A stretch of 64,000 nt of DNA. Source: Sphaerodactylus townsendi (taxonomy: Eukaryota). The notes beneath the pieces were generated by a model. It had not been told where the DNA came from. It searched no databases and saw nothing but the letters and a program-made list of their open reading frames with translations. A program made the position numbers and the translations under genes. Position 1 is the first letter of the stretch, and the number at the start of each line of letters is the position of its first letter. Shown piece by piece: positions 39,987 to 51,900 of the stretch. The DNA lies in the NCBI RefSeq assembly GCF_021028975.2, contig NC_059428.1, forward strand, positions 64,046,001 through 64,110,000. The letters are read 5' to 3'.

Positions 39987-42900
39987 CTAGAAGAAAAAAG
40001 GAATTATTAGACTTCTTCCTTTCCTTATGCAACAAAAGATCTGAATGAAAAGACCTGAGAGAATTGTTTTTATCCATTATTATTCAATAATAATATCCAT
40101 CCACATGCTAAATTCCTTTAATCCATAATTTATTCAACTGGGAAGAATCTTATAGGTTTTGGTTTTGACAAAAGATTTAGATATTTGCAGTATCATAAAA
40201 ATTGCCACTTAATATTGTTTCTTTAAAACCAAACAACACAAATACTATGTGCCCATCCTATGTTACTGATACCTCCTCATAGTTCTTTGAGTTTGCAATT
40301 TGAATTACACAAACGCTAAGCCAACAGTATTTAGGCCACAATTTCATATACAATAGTATCAAGTTGCTTAATCTGGTCTGATTTCGTACCTCACATACAG
40401 TATATGTTTATGATCCCTGAACACTGAAAGGTAAATTTTGCCACTCACAATGGCATATTTGTCAGCAGAATTTTTAAAGAAGTTTCCCCAAAGTATGGTC
40501 AGATATTCCAGAACAGTTCTTAAGATATATTATCAACAGGTGGTGGTGGTGGTAGAAAGTGTGTTCAAGCCACAGCAGACTTGTGGCAATCTTGTAGGGT
40601 TTTCAAAGCGCATGATGTCCAGAGGTGATTTGCTATTGCCTGTCTGTACTTCAGGAACCTGGACTTTGTTGGTGGTTCATCAAAATACCAACCAGAGCCA
40701 ATCTGTTTAGCTTCTGAGATTGAACAAGATCAGGTTTGTCCAAAACATTTAAAACTATACTGCACAAAATACTAAACTGGCAAATAATTGTAGAAAATAG
40801 CAGGTTAAACCCAAACACAGTATCCTCTGGTGCCAACGCCAGGCTGGTCAATCGGGTTAGCAGAGCAGTGGTTCTCAACCTTCCTAATGCTGTGACCCTT
40901 TAATACAGTTCCTCATGTTGTGTTGACCCCCAACCCTAACATTTATCCATTTTACAGATGGAGCACACTGATGTAGAGTCTTAGGCGACCCCTGTGAAAG
41001 GATCGTTCGACGCCCAAAGGGGTCGCAACCCACAGGTTGAGAACCACTGAGTTAGAGGATGGTCATAGCATAGATCAGTAACTGGTTGCTGCGGTTCACA
41101 ATATTGTATTGGCATTTGAATTAGGAAAAATTTAATCTGTTCGTAAATGTTCTGGAATCACGAGTCAGCAGTGAAGTGGCCAAGTTTGTGAATAACAAAT
41201 TATTCATAATGCTAAGAAATTAAGTGAATCATGGACGTTGGTTTCCAGGTTCTCAGAAAATCCTGTTTTAGAAGCATCTAACAGCACAACAAGATGCTGC
41301 ATCTTTAGTATTTTAAGCAGGCTGTTAGAAGGTGACATTGCCTTGCACACACATGCTTCTATAAGACCTGGGCAGAAAATTCAGGCATAAAGTACTCATG
41401 CAGACATGGGTCATTAACATGGAACTTCAAACCAACTCTTACTCCATACTACTGTTCATGATCATCTTTCCAGTCATCCTTGTCCCAATGTCCTGTTGAT
41501 TTAGGGGCTTTTGGACCACCCGCTGCTTTTGCCATAATAATCTACAGAAATTTCACAAATATTTCCAGTTTCATTAAGTCACTGTACACCAACACAATGA
41601 ACACCTATTCTAATGTGTATGCAAGGGGACAGATCCTAACCTCCTTTTCTTCTAGTGGAATGACACTTCCGTTAGGGATGGGGAAGATCATTTTCACCAA
41701 TTTCTAACTCCCACTGCAGATTCCCACACTGTTCCCTGTGCTCTTTCCAAATGTCCCCCAATGAGGGGGGTGCAGTTGGGAGAGTTCCATTCTGCAGACA
41801 GTCCACTATATTCACTTTTTCTGCAGTAAAGAACTTACAATGTAAAATTGTCTAAGTTCAAGATTTGTTTACAGAGTTCACAGCTTTGCACATTTTTTAA
41901 AGTGCTGTCAAGCCACAACTGAGTCATGAGGAATTAGCATTTTAGAAATATACTGGGTTAAAAGAAGTAATTATGTATCTTCCTTATCATTTTATTACAT
42001 AGCTACCATTGCCTTTAGGTTTCGCTGTTTCATAAGTAAAATGGAAAAGCATGTGGAGGTATTTTGGGAACTTAAATGGACAAAGACAGCAGGCATTCCC
42101 TTGCCACAAAATCAGTCTGTTTACAGTACTTTGGATCTATCTCATTATCCTTGAACATATTGACCTGTAGCCCCTAACAGAAAACTCTAAATGCTCAAAT
42201 GACAATAAAGTAGCGCTAAGCAGCACAACATCCCAGAGTAGCTGAATTCTGGGAAATATACATTCCTGCAATAAAAGACTATCAACAATATATTAACGAC
42301 TACAAAACCTGAAACACTGAAAACATATTGTGCCAACTCACCTGATCAACTCTCAAGACGGTGACTGCAGCATTTGTAGCCAGCTTGATACCCCAATGTT
42401 TGCCAAGGTATGTGTCTAACACACCAGCTCCTACCATGTCTTTCACAGCTGCAGCTTCAGCCTGTCAAAAGTACACAGAAAATATTATTAATATCTGAAG
42501 ACTATCATAGCTCCACCTTCCCATCTTGTTGCCATGACTGTTCTTTCTCAGCTTTGTGGCTCCATTTCCTACCCCTCTTTGGTCTGGGACTAAGCCCATC
42601 TGTTCTTCCAGGACAGAATTTATATCACGGAGTATAAAGGTTAGAACTTTGACCATGAAGAGATCGAAACTATGGCACAAAATAGCAAGTCCAGAGGGAT
42701 GGCTTTTTATAAGTCATTTCTTTCCATGGATATTCTGAAATGCCTCAAACCCACCCAACAGAAGTACAATACCCTGTTGTCAGCTCTGTCCTAACTGAAA
42801 AGACGTCCAAATGTTACCACAGCAGACAATTCCTGACACATAATGTAACTCTTAACTTCTCCTTTCAAAAGCATTGTATCTGAAAACTTCCCAAACACAC

Positions 42901-45900
42901 CTCCCCTACAACCTCAAGCCCCTTCCCTCCTCTTCAGCTAATTCAGAAGCTTGCTTTAGGCATCTCTACCTCCCTCCAACCCCAGGAAAACCAGAATTTT
43001 CACTATTCTCAACCCTGATACCAAGAGCTGCCTCTTCACATCTTGGAACTCCTGCTCTGCTCAACTTCAGCTATGTATCATGGATCCTGACTCATTTGTC
43101 ATTCCCTACTCCATTTCAGATTTTCTTGGATGACTACATGAACTGCTCATGAACTGTGTAGATTTCCACTCAGCAAGTGACCCCTCCTGGAACTCTGGCA
43201 TTCAAGGTGGTGTAGATATGAGGTCAGCTTGGATAAGGTACCTGCACATTTATAGACTGCTCAAGAAGACAGCTCATTTCTGAAAAAAAGTATAGTTTCT
43301 TCCCTCCATCCCCCTTGCTAGTTTTCTCTCTCCCTCCCCAACACACTAGTCTTTGACATTCACAATGCATGGTATGAATAAATATTATGAAAGAGTTAGG
43401 ACTGGCTAAGATACTTGTGGGCTTCTAACAGGCCATCCCTGAAGGAGGGCAGAGTAAATGGGCATCAACCAGGCACAGTACAACCCCACTGCCTCCAAGA
43501 GAGCTGCATAGGTGTGGGGAACAAGAAAACAGTTAAGTCCCCCAATCGGCTGCACCATCCTTTCTGCTAGTGTAAATCTAGACCAGCAAAAGGGGGTGGT
43601 CCTGGGCTGAAAGGGCACAGGAAGCTAACGAAAGCCTCCAGAAATGTCCCCATCAGTGCTGGCTGCTACACTGCAGTGTTGGCACCCAAGTGTTGCATGG
43701 CCTCCCAGCTCCCCAGAGCCAGCCTAAGTTTCCCTGGGCTGGCAAGAATGTCACTTATGCCAGTGCAGGGGTCATGCTGCATCCAGAGCTCTCCCCGCCC
43801 CGCCCCCCCCCCCCCACTCTTATGATTGTACTATTAGTATATTTGTACCGCAATATACTGGAAAATTACTTCAACTAACATGTATTTAGTTTGCAAATAG
43901 TAATAATCTGTACATCAAGCCATTCTAATTCTGATGAAGGCAACAAAGGATATACATGGAACCTTCCCTCAGTTTCCTAAACTCATTGCTCATCTAAATA
44001 TGACATTTCCATGTAAGTTTATTAAATACACATGTTTGGAATATGGCAGTTCTTATAATTTTTTGTATGAATATGCTATATCCTAAATTACATAGCACAT
44101 TCAAGGTGCCAGAACTAAACGCATTACTAGTAATAAGGACATTCAGACATTCTAGCAACTGAATATTAAGCCAGATATGCATGAACCCAGTTCAGTTCAT
44201 ACACACATCCTTCCATGCACGGAAAATCCCAACTGAAGACTAATATAAAAAGCATAAATTCCAATGAACCTGCACTCATATGGCATTGGTAACCAGAAGT
44301 TTCTTACCAGAATGTTCATTTTATCTACACAACTCTTCTACCATACAAGGTATTCAGTGGTCAGCTTTGTTTAAACAATGTTCAAGGCAGTTTACAGATT
44401 AACGACTGCATTACAAAATTAAGACACACCTCATCTGCATGAAATAAATACTATTTTAAAGTCATAAAACATACATACGGGCTCCAGTGGGTCTAGAAAG
44501 GAAAGTCGCCATCCTGGTTTTAAGTTTCGCTGAACTGTTGTATTATTTTACTGGTTTTAAATAATTTACATATTGAACATTTTTATTGTAACTTTGTATG
44601 TTTTGATTGTACGCCGGTCTGAGCCCTTTCGGGAATGGGCGGTCTAAAAGTCCAATAATAAATAGATAAATAAATAAAACAACGTCAAGATGAGCTTGAT
44701 TCTTGGAAAGGGGAGTCTACCATGTAAAGTTATGATGAACTTCCCCATTGCTCCTCTCTGGGGAGGGTATTTCACAAGCTTATCTAGCAAAGCATGTTCT
44801 GTTGGCTACTGTAGATGATTAACTTCTTACCTCGATATCAAACCCAACATTTTTGTTGCCTTCTTGATGTACTGCATAGAGTTTGGAAATAAGTTCATTA
44901 GCCTTGACTCCAGAGTTTTCTGCGAGAGCACGGGGTATGGCTTCAAATGCCTCAGCAAATTTCTTGATAGCATACTGATCAAGACCTGGACAAGTCTAAA
45001 AGCAAAAGCAGTTGTTCAAAAAACCCAAGCAGCATAATAGAAATATATGTTCAATAAGTCCGTTTGCAGCTTACCTCTCCATATGAAGTGATCTGCTTAG
45101 CCAACTCAATCTCAGTTGCACCACCACCTGGAACAAGGCGCTTATCCTGCAAAAAAGTGAAAGTAATTGCAAAACTACTCGAAAGACAGAGATTTTTGTC
45201 ACTGAGTATTAAAAACTTCAGAGTTTAGGTTTCTCAGCATTTTGGCAACTGCATATACTTGCATTCACTTCTTACTCACCCGAGTGAGTACTTTGAATGT
45301 ATTGACACCATCATCAACTGCTCGTTCCACATCATCCATGAGATTGTCTGTAGAACCACGAACAAGTATAGTAGAAATGGCACCATCTTCGTTTTCTGTT
45401 AAGAAATTGACTTTTAGGAAACCTAAATGTAAAACCTGAATATATATTATATTCAAAACATAAAATGTAGCACAGAGCTAGGTAAACTCTAGTACATCTG
45501 CTGAGCAGCATGCCACACTATTTGCTCACAACAAAGGGCTAGTTTTCTGCCCAAACAACCAATGTGACTGACTCACTGAGATGTGGCAGTGCCAGTTAGA
45601 ATGGTGGCGTAGGAAAGGGTGATGGACATGGTTTGTGCATGGAACTGTCTCCCAAACCTGTGCAGCCACCAGATGAATCTACAGCAAGTCCAAGCCACTT
45701 GCAAAAGCATGAAGCTCAGCCTGCTTTTGGTGTATCTAGCCAAGTACAACCCTCATCTTTTCTCAACTCCCTACACATTCTCATCTTTGTCAGCACAAGC
45801 AGCCTACTCACTGAGGGACACTGCAGTGCAGGGCATATTGAGCGCAAAAGGCTAGTTACACCTAAGCAATTAAAAACACAAAGAAACATACCATGTTTAA

Positions 45901-48900
45901 ACACAACTACGTGCGTTTCTCCAACTTCTGATAAATAAACACTATCACAGTGACCCATTTCTTCTTGATTAGGTGGTGTCTGTAAACGAAAACAATAAAA
46001 CTTAAGTTTACGCCAAGGTAGCCACCTACAATGCATGCCTTCTTGTTGTTTACATACCAATCTGGGGAGGGCTGTAGCACCAACTGTTTTACATAGTCTT
46101 CTGAGATCCCATTTAGAATTCAGCCTTTAAAAAAAAAAGGATAATTTTCAGGAAAAACACCACAGTTATTGGAAAAAAGTTATTTCTACACTGAAATAAA
46201 ATTTCTGTGATTGTCTACTACCAGCGCAGTGGCAAATAATTTATAAATATCACAAGACCCTGGGTGCAACTCTGTCAGCAAAAGAGAGCTGTGGCTCAGT
46301 AGAGGAGCATCTAATGGTCAAATAGGGTTCAAATCCCAGCACTTCCCATTTAAAAGAATCTGGCAGTAGGTGATTGGAGAGACTTCTGCATAAGCCCCTG
46401 GAGAGGTCCCACCAGCTGAGTAGGGTCTGATTAAGTATAAAGCAGCTTCAGATGTTCATGTGTTAAAGTCGTCAGCTGTAATCTGATCTATATTTTTTAG
46501 TTCTTAATGTATTTTATTAGCATTTATTTTGTTATAATGTATACTGTTTTGCCATGTTGTTAGCCGCCCTGAGCCCTATAGGGTATAAATTGAAATACAA
46601 AAAAAAGTGACTATTTTTTCCCTTGTTTGATGAAGCCCAGTGCAGACAACTTATCTGCACATGCTTTACCAGTTGAGGAAGACTAATGATTCAAGTACAT
46701 TGGCCCTATATCTGTATACTGAATCATCTGCATGGTACAAACACTTGAAAGAAGTGCCCTCATGCATACTCCTTCTCTGTTACCAGCATTTTTTTCCAAT
46801 TTTCACACTGTGAAGTTGACTTGATGATTGTGCAGAGGCACAGCCAGTCTACTTATGGCCACTCCCCTTCCCTTGGCAATGAGGAAACAAGCAGATGGGT
46901 CATCTACAAAGTACTATAGCAATAAGGTATTCTAGAAAGTAATGCTGCAATACAGCATCTTCAGCAATCCTCTCCACCACAGGAGTAGGCTGACCTTTGT
47001 CTTACATAGTTAGCAAGTTCCAAGATCCACTAGATTTCTTGCAGCAAAGCCATGAACGAAACTATTCACTAACTCGACAATTTAAAAAAAATGCTTTGCT
47101 GGATCTGATCAAAATCTAGCCAGCCCAGCATTCCTTGAAAAAAATTCAACAGACAGCAAATATTAGATGAATCCCAGATGAACTGGAGTTTACTTTCTAT
47201 CTATCCATTTTTTAAAAATGGAACTTTGGTAATGGATCATAAGCAATTTATAATGTTTTTGTATCTGACTTTCAAAGGTATTCTTTCCAAGGTAGTTGAA
47301 ATTTGTAAGTCTTACCTGACTACCATGAGATTGTATTTGTTAGCATAATGAAGGGCCATATCTGCAATTTTTCCACCAGATACCACAACATTTGCACCAG
47401 CATCAGCAATAGCTTTGACCTGCAGCTCCATCAAGTTCTCTTCTCCTTTGCTGAAATTCATTAATTCTTCAGCATTCTTGATCAGTACTGTTCCCTGCAT
47501 AAAATAAAATTTGAGGTTGAAGATTTTCTAAAATGGAAACATTTCCAGTGGTTTATGTTTCTGAATTTTACAAATTCATTGTTTGTTAGGAAAATGAATA
47601 GATGCAAAATTGTCAGTCTTAAAATTGTAATTAATATTTTTCAGGTAAATTAATATCTTTCAGGTAAACTGTCTCTAGGAATTGTGTGAGAGTACATAAA
47701 TGTTTTATAAATCTGTAAACCAGACATGGGAGGGAATATGGCACCAAAAATACATATACTGAAAAAAATCTAGTTATGGATTCTCCTGATGGACTATACA
47801 AGTACAATGGTAACTAAAAGCTAAAATGTATATTCACAGTTGTCTCCACAGGGGGGATATTGTTACTGCCAATCTGATGTGAGACAAGTAATGGAAGCGA
47901 TGCTATGCAACTGAGGTACTTAGTGATTTCACGGAAGAGTTATTCTGTTGAAACAGATGAGCAGAAAACAGCATCCCTGGCATAATATGCATAGTAGTTT
48001 AGATGTGCTACAATCAGTGTCAACTGTTCTGGATGTTTCTGCTGTTGGAATAGCATTTAAATGAGTTAGCATAAAAGCTCAATGATATTTGGAAACCGTG
48101 AAATCTACATGCTCTGGACATCGGTAAGGGTATGGCACCCCCAAATATGAAGGTGAGCAAACTCTATGAACCCTTGTTCTAATACTGAACTCCTCTAGGG
48201 CAGATAAAACACTTTATAATCTTTTTTCTAATAAAAGACATATTTGGGCTTAAGTTTAGACCATGTAAAGAACAATACATTTTACAAGTATTGTTCCAGC
48301 AAAAAGTTTCCACATAAACCTCTTAACATTTCAATGTAAGCACTTGATTTCCCTCACTCCATATTTCAGTTCAAGTAACTGTTGCTACTGAAACAAAACA
48401 GAGTGCCTTTAAACATATAAGTCAAAATAAACATGTTAAATCTGATCACAGTTTATATTTAGGGCAGGGGTCTCCAACCTATGGCTGTCTGGATGTTCAT
48501 GGACTAAAATTCCCATCAGCTCTTGCCAGCATGGCCAATTGGCAGAGCTTATAGGAATCATAGTCCATGAACATCTGGAGGGCCATAGATTGGACACCCC
48601 TGATTTAGGGTATCACATTTTCCAATTATATTTTTTCCTCAAAACTCTCATCATTAAGTAAAGCATTGTTTTTCTTCACATTCACAGAAACAGCATGTTG
48701 GAGATCTATTCCAGATTTTTTAAAAAAATTATGCTTCAACATGGCATAATTTCTATCTTTCTTCAGCACAAATCTTTTTACAAATAATGCAGGTACTTGA
48801 CCAAGCAAAGCAAAAGTCACTAAAAAGTCAGTGTGACCAGGTCTACAATTTAGTGAATGAGGTACTATGCGTCTGTGCGAATGGCCTGGGGCAATGAGGG

Positions 48901-51900
48901 GTTCATTTATCCTGCCTGCAACCCACTTTACAGTTGCTGTGTGGAAAGGACCATAGTTATAGTTATCCTATCTTTTTTAAAAAAAACATACTGCTGACTA
49001 CATAGACCCCCATTCTGATCCAGTAGGGCTTTTCTTACAGAAATTATACAGAATTAAATAGTTCTACCAAATCAAATAGCCATACAGAAACAAAGATCAA
49101 TATTCCTACCAAATGCAGCATAACTTATATAATAAGCCTAAAAACAGTAGATGGGATACTTTTTTCCTGATTTACTAATTCTTCATTTAGACTCACACGG
49201 CATGTACAAATACTTGGGGTAATGGAATCTCTCTCGTTTTATACATGGACTCATGGCAGCACTTCTTGCATATATAACTGTAGAAATGGCTGTGGTACGT
49301 GACTAGGTATTACCCAATTTACAATATGGTAGCCCGCTAGGACCAAGCAAAATGCATAAAGAAAGCTCACAGTCTGACTTATGCTGAAGTTTGCCAATGC
49401 AACTCCATACATAAGAGGAATCATTTTGGGAGATAAGATAATGAGCAGAACATAAATTAACAAGTCCTTAATTAGAATTAGTAATAAGCATTTATGGAAA
49501 ACTCCAAAAACATACCTTGGTCTCTGTTATCATACCATCAAAAGGACAAGAATATACAGCTATTTTAGCATCTTTGACGGAGGTAATATCACCTTCAGTT
49601 TCTTTTTTAAAAACCATGCCATGCAATACTGTCGAGGCACAAATGCCAGAACCCTGAAGAAAATACAAATGACAATCACTGTTCAGATTTTTTCCCAAAA
49701 ATAGTTTTAAAATTTTATAACTTGAAGTGTTTACGTTGTATTCTCACAACTCCAATATCTAAAAGGATTGTATCCCAGACACCTGAAAGATCCACAAAAC
49801 ATGCTCCTACAGAACGCACAGTATTGAGATGAAAATATACTTACTAAGATCTTGCATACTCGGATGTTATCGACATTGAAATGGCCCGATTCAGGAAAAA
49901 TAGACACTGTGAAAATTAAACAAAACATTTTTAAATGAAACTGCTAGGTAAACTAAAATACTTTAGGGTTAGTTAGATTGGACTTAAAGAATATGGGATT
50001 GGTGACAATAGATCAGTTCATGTAAATCAAAACCAGTTTGGTTTTGGTTCATGTAAATCAAAACCATGAGCTATGATTTAGTTACTTCCATTTCAGCACA
50101 AACCATAGTTTGCACCCAGATTCAGAAAGACAACCTACGCTTTGATTTGCCCTGGAAATTATTGGATGGGACGCAATGATCAGCAGAAGACACTGACGGT
50201 CATGAATCCTCCCAGCAAATCCTTCCCTGTTCCACAGAAGTTTGTTCCCAGGGTCACAGAACCCGAATGGACAGAGAAGGGAAATATCTGATCCTTTTCT
50301 CTTTCTCAAGACAGCTTCATGACCTGCAGTCTCACAATCCAAAATAAACTTCCTGAGATCAGAATGGACTACTTGAAGGGGCTGGAGAGAGGTGCAAACA
50401 GGAAAAGTCCAAGAACCTTGAGAAATTCGGTTTGACAGTAACACACAAATGCCAAATTAGCAATCTGGATGTGGAACGGAAGTAACTGGCTGCAAGCATA
50501 GAAGCTGGGCACAGAAACACAGAGCTTTTTACACTCAATGCCAACTTATGGTTTGGTGCCAAGGGAAACCACACTAAACAATCATTGCTGCAAAAGGACT
50601 CCAAATGCTCAGTGAAACTACAATCCCTTATTTTTAAATAGGAGCTCTCAGGTCTGCTGATGTCAACCTCTGCCAGAAGTGCAGCTGGTCAAAGGGGATA
50701 GGGCTGCAGAAAGCTGCTTTAGAGCCATCTGGTTAAGAGCCTATGCTGGGCCCAGTTGGCCAGGGTTTTCCTGTTCCTTCATCCAGGCACAAATGATGTT
50801 CCAGGTCAACACTGAGAATTAGCCTTTAGCTGAAGGATATTATGAGGGATCTATCCCACAACACCAGGAGTGATATCATCTAAATGCTCAAATCAGCATT
50901 TAGATAAAACATAACATAAAAAGCATTTAGATAAAACATAAAAACTCAAAAGTTTCCAAAAAATCCAGAAAGTTACTTTAACTGTGTTTCTCAATATAAA
51001 AGTCAACACTTGATCCCATTAACATGAATATAAAAGATCAAAGATGTCACAGGTACAAACTTTATATTACATTTAGGTAAAATCACGATTACTTACCACA
51101 TGCCTGTGCAATAAGCTTAGACAGAAACATTTCACTGCCACACTGCTTACTCATGACTGAAGTATGCAGCAAAGCTGCCACTTCTTCAGTGTCCCGAAGA
51201 TTTTTTGCAGAACAGCATACTAGATCGGGAAGAATCTCTAGAGCTTTTTTACTGGCTTTTTCATAGCCTTCAATGACCTAAACAAAATGTAACCACATGT
51301 GTTAGCAGTCCAGCTAAAACATAAGTTTGGATTATTTTAGGAACCACTCTGGCTGTGCAAAGAATCTTTTACATGTAATTACAGTGGAACACAGTAAAAG
51401 TCCATTACTGTTCTTCAAAGATGGCAAATATCGTTTGACATACGTTTCATATCAATGTCAGTGATGTCAGGTCACAACTGACTTTGGTGACCCCAGCAAA
51501 AGGGGCAATTCCCATTGCCTTATTCTACGGTTTGGGTGGAGCTTTCAAGATCTGATGAGATAAAGCTATATCACGCCACCTTTTCATAACTAGGGGACAT
51601 TAGAATACTTTTTAAATCAATTTTTCTCCAAGCAGCTTACAACAGAAACATAAGAAACATGTCTTCAAATGAACAAGGTTCCTAGAGAACCTAAAATAGA
51701 CACTAATGCTGTAAGACTCTTTCCAAGTTCTATGTTGTTCCTATTGCTGTTCATTTGGAAGCTGAAGTTCAAGAAATTGTGCTGCCAAGCATCAAATGTA
51801 TTTTTAAGAATTTGATGACAGAGATAATCTGAGTTCTATAAAAGTCATCAAAGTTACAAGGTTTTAGAAAATTATTCTGATTTACAATAATCTGTTGGAA

